A DNA stretch of 64,000 nucleotides from Bugula neritina. Taxonomy: Eukaryota; Animalia; Bryozoa. The notes under the pieces are model-generated. The model had not been told where the DNA came from and made no database searches. It saw only the letters and a list, made by a program, of their open reading frames with translations. The position numbers and the translations under genes are program-made. Shown piece after piece: positions 1 to 23,341 of this stretch. Where the stretch lies: contig OZ037767.1 of assembly GCA_964035545.1 (NCBI GenBank), positions 17,729,781-17,793,780 of the forward strand. Reading direction: 5' to 3'. The first letter of the stretch is position 1. Every line of letters starts with the position of its first letter.

Positions 1-1170
1 GTATATAATAGTATATATGAGAGAATAGTAGTGTATATAATAGTATATATGAGAGAATAGTAATGTATATAATAGTATATATGAGAGAATAGTAATGTAT
101 ATAATAGTATATATGAGAGAATAGTAGTGTATATAATAGTATATATGAGAGAATAGTAGTGTATATAATAGTATATATGAGAGAATAGTAGTGTATATAA
201 TAGTATATATGAGAGAATAGTAGTGTATATAATAGTATATATGAGAGAATAGTAATGTATATAATAGTATATATGAGAGAATAGTAATGTATATAATAGT
301 ATATATGAGAGAATAGTAGTGTATATAATAGTATATATGAGAGAATAGTAGTGTATATAATAGTATATATGAGAGAATAGTAATGTATATAATAGTATAT
401 ATGAGAGAATAGTAGTGTATATAATAGTATATATGAGAGAATAGTAGTGTATATAATAGTATATATGAGAGAATAGTAATGTATATAATAGTATATATGA
501 GAGAATAGTAATGTATATAATAGTATATATGAGAGAATAGTAGTGTATATAATAGTATATATGAGAGAATAGTAATGTATATAATAGTATATATGAGAGA
601 ATAGTAGTGTATATAATAGTATATATGAGAGAATAGTAGTGTATATAATAGTATATATGAGAGAATAGTAGTGTATATAATAGTATATATGAGAGAATAG
701 TAGTGTATATAATAGTATATATGAGAGAATAGTAGTGTATATAATAGTATATATGAGAGAATAGTAGTGTATATAATAGTATATATGAGAGAATAGTAGT
801 GTATATAATAGTATATATGAGAGAATAGTAATGTATATAATAGTATATATGAGAGAATAGTAGTGTATATAATAGTATATATATGAGAGAATAGTAGTGT
901 ATATAATAGTATATATGAGAGAATAGTAGTGTATATAATAGTATATATGAGAGAATAGTAGTGTATATAATAGTATATATGAGAGAATAGTAGTGTATAT
1001 AATAGTATATATGAGAGAATAGTAATGTATATAATAGTATATATGAGAGAATAGTAGTGTATATAATAGTATATATGAGAGAATAGTAATGTATATAATA
1101 GTATATATGAGAGAATAGTAGTGTATATAATAGTATATATGAGAGAGTAGTAATGTATATAATAGCATAT
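1..1170. repeat. Intronic minisatellite, 32-bp unit GTATATAATAGTATATATGAGAGAATAGTA(G/A)T
   Basis: Directly visible tandem array of about 36 copies running off the window edge. Confidence 0.95.
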
Positions 1171-1192
1171 ATGAGAGATACTATGAACTCAC

Positions 1193-1886
1193 TGTCAGTT
1201 ACAATGATTAAGATGTCATTAGAAGTTGTCTCCCCAGTTTTAGTCGCAGTGACCTGACAGACGTAAGCTCCCGAATCTTTTTCATTGACATACTCAATAG
1301 AAAGTTGGCTCACCCCAGAAGTAGATTGGATCTATAAATAGATCAGGTAGAGACATACTGAGTGGAAAGAGTTGTGTAGAGTACTGAGTACTAGTTAGTA
1401 AGTATATAAATATAGAGCACCTTAACTCTATGGGAAGTTGTAAGCTCTCTAGACTCCACTTCGTCTAAAGGAGTGAAATACCAGATCGAGGTGTGTGGAA
1501 CATCTGGCAGACTGCAGGTCAGTTCAATATCACTTCCCACAGTAACAATTCTAGAGTCTGCATCTATAGTATTTAATATAGTATCACAGTAATAAATATA
1601 TAATACCACAGTATTAAATATATAATACCACAATAATAAACATATAATACCCCAATATTAAATATATAATACCACAATATTAAACATAATATCACAATAT
1701 TAAACATAGTATCACAATATTACATATAGTACCACAATATTATATATAGTACCACAATATTATATATAATACCACTTAGTTGTTTAAGTAGTCACTTAGT
1801 TACTCAAGTTGAGGCAAATACTTACCTATGCAGTGACTTAAATGAGCAGCCAGAAGTAAGAGAATAGATTGTACAAGAAACCCCAT
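1193..1886 (-). CDS. Immunoglobulin (I-set/V-like) domain secreted or cell-surface protein, 5' part; exons 1886-1826, 1563-1421, 1331-1193; gene continues left of the window
   Basis: Manual GT-AG assembly in consistent phase gives signal peptide MGFLVQSILLLLAAHLSHCI, then VTVGSDIELTCSLP..IWYF..SQLSIEYVNEKDSGAYVCQV, with the Ig Cys, Trp and DSGxYxC motifs. Confidence 0.8.
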
Positions 1887-4502
1887 AACGTTGTGTTGTG
1901 GTAACTCAGAGACTAGCTAGTGGTAGGCATTGCTGTAGGTGTGAACTTCTAGCTGCATAGACCTGCACTCACACGTGCCTCAGTGTGCCTGCCTCAGTGT
2001 GCAGCAGTGTTGAGCACTTTGTAGTCAACTGGTCCAATCACACAGATGAATGAGTTTAGCCATGAATAGCTGAGCAGGGGGCTATTGTGTCTCAACAGCT
2101 GCAGCACACCTTATACTCAGTTTTACAATTTCTATTTCTAAAGAAATAAATTATTGTGGCTAGATTAGAGGCAGGAACAAATGTCTTTATGTTTATCTAG
2201 ATATAAACACCAACACTGTTATAATATGTGCCATTGTTATGTATAGGTCAGTAATCTGATGAAGGATTTTGTTGCAGGAATATTCGGAGTGAGGCCAATT
2301 GTATAAAACAATTCACTGGGAATGTGATTAAAATATCTACTGGGTAAACACAATACTGCTAGTCTGTAATAATTTTTAATTAAGTTCATGCAGCAACAAT
2401 CTCAATCTGTGAATGGAAAGGTGAGATGATCACAAGAGAGAGAGAGTAGGAGTAAAGAATATGGAGAGAGTTTCATAGAAAAAGTAAAGAGGGAGTTTCA
2501 TAGAAAGAGTAAAGAGAGATTATAAAGAGATAGTATGGAGAGAGCATTTTTTAAAAGATGGCAACTAGAATGGAAATGAAGAGATAAAATTATATTTCAA
2601 AGAAAAACTTAACAGCAGATCAACTCACATTTTGATGCTTTAAGTTTATTTTTAGCATTATGCAAGACAATAGCCACAGGGATGGAGTGTATTGAGCTCA
2701 AATTGTAGTCTGCATACAGCATATACCGTAGGCTATTAATTTAGACATGATCAAAGATGAGATACAGATAAACTGAAATCAAACTAGTTACTTCTCCAAG
2801 ATTAGTCACTGAAATACTTTATACATTGGAGAAAGAAAAGCAGTTAGCTAATATAGAATCAGAAAGTAGCCTTTGAGTAGTCGTCCCCTTTCTACACTGT
2901 GTCCTGTGGGAAACTTGCTCACCCGGCATGCAGAAAATCATCTGTGATAGATAATTAGACTATGACTAGATTATAGAGTTATCTTAAGGCTTAGAGAGGC
3001 AAGTTTGGGTCAGATAAATAGTTTTTTAATGCCATGGTGTAATATTAGTCCAACTTACCAGGTCCACACTAGAATCTTAAGTCTCTAGCTGGTCACACAT
3101 GTTGATGTCGTCAGTTCACAGCTACCACAAAGCTGTTCGTCTGTACCAAAAGCCATGATGTCATAACTCCGACTGCCGCAGACACATAGTCCTCCAATGG
3201 CGGCCTCCACACAAACTTTTAAAAATCGTTCAAATATCGTCAAAATTACAAAAATACTCAACGCGTTTAGGCACTCGACCCTAAACGGAAACGCATGGTT
3301 TCACTCTAAACAAAGTGAAAGTTCATATAGTTGGTTGATGTTTAATTTTCGTGCTGATCTTGTCGATGAACTTGTTGATTTTATTATTTTTTGCTAATAC
3401 TTCTAGTTATATTATATTAATTATGATTTATGTCTTGAAACCTAAAAATTATCTGTGGAAGTTATTGAAACCTTGAACTCATGAAGTTAATACATACTCA
3501 TAATGAGTATCATAATCATAATGATAATGATACTCATACTCATACTGACTCTGAGTTGCTCATACTCAATCTCATAGTGATAGTCATAGTGAATAGTCAT
3601 ACTGATACTCATACTGGTACCCATAGTCACTAGTCACTAGTGATACTTATACTGATAGCAATACTGGTAGTCATTATAATTATCGTTATCACATTAGGAT
3701 TATCGTTATGATTATGATTAATATTATCATTATGAATATCATTGTGATTAGACGAATAGTCTTAACTAGACTCTCACTCTAACTTTAAGATTAAAGTAAC
3801 GTGATTAAATTTGATCATAATCATTAGACTTACTCTTACTCTTAGTCATAATGGTAAGTCTAATGGTTAGTCATTAGACTTAGAGTTAGTAATTGCTCAT
3901 TACAGTTACTTGCAGTTGCTGATACAGTGATACTGATTACTCGTAATGATAGTGATAGTTCTTGTTCCAGTCCAGTCATACTCATACTGATACTCATGCT
4001 GATACTCAAACATCATAGTCTAAGTCATATTGGTGTTGGTTATAATATAATAGTGCTATTGGGCGCGTTTCAGTGCTAAATATTCATATGGATACTGACA
4101 CTAATAGTGTTATAGTGCAATAGTAATACTTATACTTATAGTAATAGTTAAACTTCAACTTGATTATCATTATGATAATGATTAAGTGATAATGAAATTG
4201 TTATGCTACTTCTTATTACACTGGAATTTTTTTCATATTTTACAAAGCAATAGCAAAAAGTTACTAATTTATATTATTTCAACTTTTTTTTAAAAATGCA
4301 TGCAGCTGGGCGATATTAAAGCATTTCTACTTTGCAGTTAGCCTACCAACACTAAGAACACAGTGGTAGCACATAATGTATTTAGACATAAGTTGACACA
4401 TAGCGAGCAATAGAGAAACTTGAGTCTGATGTATTTGATACAGCTAACAACAACTTCTGCATATTTATATTCTATAATTCAGTGAAGGAGAGAAGTGACA
4501 TC

Positions 4503-7500
4503 ATGTTGAGACGACAGGTTCGAGAAAGGAAGGAGTTTATATACAGGAAGTCCGAGCAAGCTCGAGCTCAGAAGATTGAAGCTACGAAGCGAAAAGCCAG
4601 AGAGGATGCCGGCCTACATTTGGAGGACAAATTCACTACTCAGACTTATGAGGAGCAAGAGAAGATGAAACTGCGTTAGTTGTACTAATATACTGTAGTT
4701 GTACTAGCGTACTGTAGTTGTACTAGCGTACTGTAGTTGTACTAGTATACTGTAGTTGTACTAGCGTACTGTAGTTGTACTGATATACTGTAGTTGTACT
4801 AGTGTACTGTAGTTGTACTAGTATAGTGTAGTTGTACTAGCGTACTGTAGTTGTACTAGTATACTGTAGTTGTACTAGTGTACTGTAGTTGTACTAGTAT
4901 AGTGTAGTTGTACTAGCGTACTGTAGTTGTACTAGTATACTGTAGTTGTACTAGTGTACTGTAGTTGTACTGATATACTGTAGTTGTACTAGTATACTGT
5001 AGTTGTACTGATATACTGTAGTTGTACTAGTATACTGTAGTTGTACTAGTATACTGTAGTTGTACTAGTGTACTGTAGTTGTACTGATATACTGTAGTTG
5101 TACTAGTATACTGTAGTTGTACTGATATACTGTAGTTGTACTAGTATACTGTAGTTGTACTAGTATACTGTAGTTGTACTAGTATACTGTAGTTGTACTA
5201 GTATACTGTAGTTGTACTAGTATACTGTAGTTGTACTAGTATACTGTAGTTGTTATTGTACACTCTGTGGTGTAGAACTGGCTGAAGGTGCGGACAAAGA
5301 GCTGATTGCTGGAACACGAGATGACGAGTACAGGTGGGCCGGAGTAGAAGATCCTAAAATACTCATAACTACATCCCATAGCCCTAGCTCCAAACTCAAG
5401 GAGTTCGCCAAGGTCTGTCTTCAAATAGTATTGAATATAGTGTGTAGACTGTGTTCTGTACAGCATAGACTGTGTTCTGTACAGCATAGACTGTGTTCTG
5501 TACAGCATAGACTGTGTTCTGTACAGCATAGACTGTGTTCTGTACAGCATAGACTGTGTTCTGTACAGCATAGGCTGTGTTCTGTACAGCATAGACTGTG
5601 TTCTGTACAGCATAGACTGTGTTCTGTACAGCGTAAACTGTGCTGTATTTATTGAATAGAAAGCATATAGAAGGGTGTAACATTGTAGGAACTCAAACTG
5701 CTTTTCCCAAATTCCCAGCGAATCAACAGGGGAGATTATGACATTCAGCAGCTAATGGATGCGTGTCGGGCCAACGGGGTGACTGACGTGATAGTAGTAC
5801 ACGAGAGAAGAGGTGTGCCTACTCAGTTAGTAGTGAGTTAGTAACTAGTAATAGTATAGTATACACACAGTTAGTAGTGAGTTAGTAACTAGTAATGGTA
5901 TAGTGTACACTCAGTTAGTAGTGAGTTAGTAACTAGTAATGGTATAGTATACACACAATTAGTAGTGAGTTAGTAACTAGTAATGGTATAGTATACACAC
6001 AGTTAGTAGTTAGTTAGTAACTGGTCATAGTATAGTGTACACTCAGTTAGTGAGTTAGTAACTAGTGATAGCATAGTATACACTCAGTTAGTAGTGAGTT
6101 AGTAACTAGTAATGGTATAGTATACACACAATTAGTAGTGAGTTAGTAACTGGTCATAGTATAGTGTACACTCAGTTAGTAGTGAGTTAGTAACTGGTAA
6201 TAGTATAGTATACACACAGTTAGTAGTGAGTTAGTAACTAGTAATGGTATAGTATACACACAGCTAGTAGTTAGTTAGTAACTAGTAATAGTATAGTATA
6301 CACACAGTTAGTAGTGAGTTAGTAACTAGTAGTAGTATAGTATACACACAGTTAGTAGTGAGTTAGTAACTAGTCATAGTATAGTATACACACAGTTAGT
6401 AGTAAGTTAGTAACTAGTAATGGTATAGTATACACACAGCTAGTAGTTAGTTAGTAACTAGTAATAGTATAGTATACACTCAGTTAGTAGTGAGTTAGTA
6501 ACTAGTAGTAGTATAGTGTACACACAGTTAGTGAGTTATGTATCTTCTATGATTGATAGGTTAGTCATCTACCATTTGGTCCGACTGCGTATTTCACTCT
6601 CTCCAATGTTATCCCGAGACATGAGATTCCCGACAGAGATAAAGTCTCCGAGGCGTATCCACACCTCATCTTTCACAAGTTTGAAACACGCCTAGCTAAG
6701 AGAGTAAGTAAACTATTCACTACTACTAGTACTGCTACTATTCACTACTACTAGTACTGCTACTATTCACTACTACTAGTACTGCTAGTACTACTGTTAC
6801 TACTACTACTACTACTACCTCTACAGCTAGTACTGCTACTACTACTACCTTTACTACTAGTACTGCTACTAATACTCACCACTAGTACTGCTACTAATAC
6901 TCTCTATTACTACTATTACTACTAGTACTCTTCACTACTGCCACTATTCACTACTACTACTATCAAATATCACTATTGCAACTAGAACCACTGACCCCCC
7001 ATTTCTGTGATTTGAATATCGTATGATTACTACCTGTAACTACTGATTATTACTACCTGTAACTACTGATTATTACTATTACTACCTGTAACTACTGATT
7101 ATTACTATTACTACCTGTAACTACTGATTATTACTATTACTACCTGTAACTACTGATTATTACTATTACTACCTGTAACTAGCTGATTATTACTATTACT
7201 ACCTGTAACTACTGATTATTACTATTACTACCTGTAACTACTGATTATTACTATTACTATCTGTAACTACTGATTATTACTATTACTACCTGTAACTACT
7301 GATTATTACTATTACTACCTGTAACTAGCTGATGGATGTCCTGAAGTACTTGTTTCCTGTACCAAAAGCCGACAGCAGACGAGTGATGACCTTTGCTAAT
7401 GATAAGGATTTCATTTCCTTCCGGCATCACATATACAAGAAGGTTCCGGCATCGAAGGATATTGAGCTTACTGAGGTATGTGCACCTTTATACACACCTC

Positions 7501-8057
7501 CAGCTTCCTATATCTATACTTACACTACCATATATACTTACACTACTATATATACTTGTACTTACACTACTATATATACTTATACTACTATATATACTTA
7601 CACTACTATATATACTTACACTACCATATATACTTACACTACCATATATACTTACACCACCATATATACTTACACTACCATATATACTTACACTTGACTA
7701 TATATACTTACACTACTACATATACTTACACTACTATATATACTTACACTTACACTACTATATATACTTACACTACTACATATACTTACACTACTACATA
7801 TAATTACGCTACTACATATACTTACACTACTATATATACTTACACCACCATATACACTTACACTACCATATATATTTACACTTGACTATAATACTTACGT
7901 TTCTCTGTTGTTTTCGCAGGTTGGCCCCAGGTTTGAGATGAAGCCGTATAAAATTGTAGCTGGAACCCTAGATAGTCTGAGCACAGCCCGCACCGAATGG
8001 ACTGTACGACCATATATGAACACGTCTTATAAACGTAGATTTCTTTCTAATGATTGA
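4503..8057 (+). CDS. IMP4: U3 snoRNP protein IMP4 (Brix family); exons 4503-4674, 5276-5412, 5689-5832, 6560-6703, 7329-7475, 7920-8057
   Basis: Spliced translation [118 protein letters not shown] matches conserved IMP4 motifs; all introns GT-AG and in phase; TGA at 8055-8057. Confidence 0.95.
4677..5252. repeat. IMP4 intron 1 minisatellite, 19-bp unit GTAGTTGTACTAGTATACT
   Basis: About 30 tandem copies starting at the donor site. Confidence 0.95.
5446..5633. repeat. IMP4 intron 2 minisatellite, 21-bp unit AGACTGTGTTCTGTACAGCAT
   Basis: About 9 copies; source of the repetitive ORFs between 5236 and 5683. Confidence 0.95.
5821..6538. repeat. IMP4 intron 3 minisatellite, ~44-bp unit containing exon end plus donor (CAGTTAGTA|GTGAGT)
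   Basis: The first copy begins inside exon 3 (ACTCAGTTAGTA, 5821-5832); about 16 copies. Confidence 0.9.
7025..7895. repeat. IMP4 intron 4 array (~29-bp ACTACTGATTATTACTATTACTACCTGTA, 7025-7328) and intron 5 array (~18-bp TATATACTTACACTAC(C/T)A, 7510-7895), flanking exon 5
   Basis: Visible tandem arrays; one intron-4 copy repeats the acceptor context GTAACTAGCTGAT near 7175-7187. Confidence 0.85.
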
Positions 8058-8817
8058 TTCTCTTAGAATAGCATTCAACGGTCTTAGAACTGCGTAAGCT
8101 AGGAGAGAGAAGTCCATTAGATGAACCTTAGAGACTACATTTCACAGAATGAATTAAACGCGCAATGTTCTGTAGTGAACCTGACAATGCATTATTTTAT
8201 CTCTGAATATATAACTGTGAATGTTATTGGTACTCTATTCTTTGCTTAACCATTCAGAACACTTCTTTGTTTGATCTGGCATAAACCTTAATATATTTAT
8301 CAACATCATACCATGCGACATTTTTGATTTTATAGTTATGTCTAATGAATGTTAAGAGCATAAAACCACTTACCACACTACATCTACTATAAATTGCTTT
8401 AGTCAATACAGTTGTGTGCATGCCATGTGGTGTGTATGAGCCACGTGCTGCTAGACAAGCCTGTGGTGGTAGATTTGGTTACAAGACAACAAGGATTTGT
8501 ACAGAGTAGCGGTCTCATGTGTTATATTTTGTAATGCTGAGTTATTTACTGAATGTGTTCATCTCGGCTTTTAAGGAAATGCAGATAAAGAATCAACAGT
8601 GAAGTTGTTTTAGTAACTTTGAATGAAGAGACAAGAGTTACAACTGTTACTTGCTCCCTCAATACAACCAACAAGACTGTTGACTAAAGCGGACTCATTT
8701 CTATCCGTTGACTGACTAAGTTAGGAGGTCTTTCTAGGCAGAGTCGTAGAGTTGTGTGTGTTACACTGGAGGCAGAGTTGTGTGTGTTACATTGGAGGCA
8801 GAGCTATGAATGTTGAT

Positions 8818-20589
<11,772 letters not shown>

Positions 20590-23009
20590 TTTATTCGTTG
20601 GTTGCTGACTCAACTTATGACTGGACTGGCAGCTGAGCTGAGAGGTGAGAGTCAACCCTACAATGAATATAAAACTGCACAACATAAACATTGAGACAGT
20701 GAGAACTATCTAGCGAGTAGTAAGCTGTGAAAACTTCAACAATGGCAAAAATGATAAAAAAAAACACTTAAAATATCAACTTTTAATCAAAATAAAAATG
20801 AAATTCCAACTAAAGAAGGTGACTAAGTGAAACTTGAAAATTTAAAGATATAAACTTGAAGACTAAGGCCAGATGTGAAAAAAAAATTAAAGTATTGCTT
20901 AGTACAAACTCTGAACCTTAAAATTTTAATAACATTTATTTATTAATATATAAAAAAATTACCATTAGGCATGAGAATAACCATAGGAGTATCATAGTAA
21001 AAAACTTATAGCAACCATAATGATAATTATAATGGTGAAATATTAGATTTAGTATATATTTTTCATCACTATTACTATAACTATTAGCAACAAACTATTA
21101 CTATCACTAATTAGTATTGCTATTACAATTAGTATTACCGGTAATCTCAATATATTTTAGTTTTATCTTAATAATTATAAATATAATATTATAATTAATA
21201 ATAATCTTTTTCATCATAAAATATTTCGAAGCTTTACAAACATTAATGATTATTAAACAATTATTATTGCATAAAGCTTCCAGTTTTAGCTATTTATATA
21301 ATATAAACTAATTATAAAGCTAAAATATCCACAATAAAATAGTATAAACATTAACATACAATAATTACAATAATCACTAATGCAGTAATGGTAATCTATA
21401 CCAGTAATCACAATGTGAAAGTGAAAGCGAATCAATAATCCACTTTGATAATTTAATAACTCTAACTGAATTTGATTTTGAAATTCAAATTGATAATAGC
21501 TAATTTTTGATTGACTGTCGGTCTTGGAAAGATGTTCTAATAATATGGCAAAAGATGTCGTCTGCAACAATATTAATATGAAAATATATTGATAATATTA
21601 TTACCATTCACTGATTCAGATTCTTTCCTTTGCACACCTCCGTCAGAGCGATATTATATGCATATGCCCTTTAACCCTTTACCATTAGCGAATGTGTTTG
21701 AATAATTCTATAAACAGTTCCAAGTTAAGAGTGACTGGGTGTAGTAGTTTGCAGTTCTAAAAATTAGAGTTAGGGGGTTGTAATTAACCCCAACTTTAAA
21801 CGCGAGAATTCTAAATTGCGGCACTCAGTCACTGTAAACTCAAAGCTGCTTATAAAACCGTTCAACGTGTTAATTTACCCCGTGTGCAATCATTGGTTCA
21901 AAGTTAGACTAAAATCATACTTGCAACCCAAATTCTAAAACACAAATCTCGTCGATTTTAGTTGGACACGCCTAAAATTGTTAAACTAATGCTTTCATTG
22001 GCTTATTTACCTGAGCATGCAGTTTTATTGGTTTGGCTTTTTATCCTGGAACGGCGATTATATACTGACACTGTTTTCAAAACGGAATTTTTATTATTAT
22101 TGACCTGTGTTATATTTCCTTGATATAAATTACTTTAGTAGTGGTAGACACTTACAAGTTATCGATGTTATTAAATAAATATTTTACTATACTTGCTGAT
22201 GTTACTGGGTGAAATTCAATAAAGTAAAGTTATATCATATTATACTTCGACGAAGGTCATGGTATTTTTATTTTTATTTTAGGACAGGAAGTGAAAGCTT
22301 GCTTGTTGAGTTGTTTCAATTTGAATTTTATTACAAAGTCAAAGTAAAAAGGCCATATTGATAATGATAATTGTAATGATTAGGATTTTCATAATCGTAA
22401 TGGTAATGTCATAATGATGACCATAATGTGATTTAATGTAATAATGATATAAAATTAATTTATCAATGCTTCTGTCTCTTCAGCTTCTTCTAAATTAATG
22501 ATTATGAATTTTTAGTTTTTATCAATATGAGTATGTAATGATTGAGTATTGTAAATTGTTAGCATTTAGTTTTACTTGGGGTTAATAGATAATCCAATTT
22601 TATATCACGACACTGGGTTTGATTGTGGCTACAGCTAAGACTATCAATATAAACTTGAAACTTTTATAAACTTAAAGTTCAACTAAAACTTAAGTTTTGT
22701 ATCAGTATGGGTTTGGCTTTAGGCAGTTACAATTAATTCAATAATTGAATTAATATTTTTATTACATCATGCTATTAGTATTACTAACAATTGTATAAAG
22801 GTTTTTGGTTACTTTAAAATTAAAATTAATTTATGCATTCTCACTTTCAACCACTCACTTTTTAAAATACAAGTTGTTAAAATTCATTTTAGGATTATCA
22901 GTGGGGCATACTGATACTGATATTCATAGTGATGATGAATATAGGTATTCTTTATCTAAATACTGAAATAGTGTTCAGCTAATAGTGTTCACTGTGATAA
23001 TGATTGTAT

Positions 23010-23280
23010 TGTAGTAAGGACGTAATGCGCGCGTCCCCCGTATTCCTTCAGCCTATCCAAGTGCGTCACGTGATAGGCCTCAGTTAGTAGTAGTTTTGCA
23101 GTAGAGAGAGCGCGCTAACTAAGCGAGGATGTAATCTCTAATCTGTGTACGTGCTGTATCTTTTATATAATTAGTAGTAAATAAACTTGGAAACTTTTAC
23201 CTAAATACTTTATTGGTGTAGATAAATAGACATGATTACAAGCTAGGAACCCACGCATAGTAGTTACACAAATTACTACA
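23010..23280 (+). repeat. 5' LTR
   Basis: TG...CA ends, 8-bp terminal inverted repeat, internal TATATAA and AATAAA; matches 30312-30582. Confidence 0.97.
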
Positions 23281-23281
23281 G

Positions 23282-23299
23282 TGGTGGCAGCAGTGGGAT
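23282..23299 (+). promoter_or_regulatory. Primer-binding site TGGTGGCAGCAGTGGGAT, probably tRNA-Leu
   Basis: Lies 1 nt after the 5' LTR and starts with TGG; complement ATCCCACTGCTGCCACCA resembles the 3' end of metazoan tRNA-Leu (AAG/TAG). Confidence 0.8.
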
Positions 23300-23341
23300 T
23301 TCTAGCTACTGTATGAGAACAATGAGAAGTATTAGAACATC

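Noticed and set aside
1-1170. CRISPR-like arrays (32-bp repeats here and at 60735-61697)
   Set aside because: Head-to-tail repeats with no unique spacers, no cas genes and a eukaryotic context.
21665-21800. Possible MITE (TTAACCC motif and small hairpin at 21768-21795)
   Set aside because: No matching terminal inverted repeat pair with a TSD could be identified.
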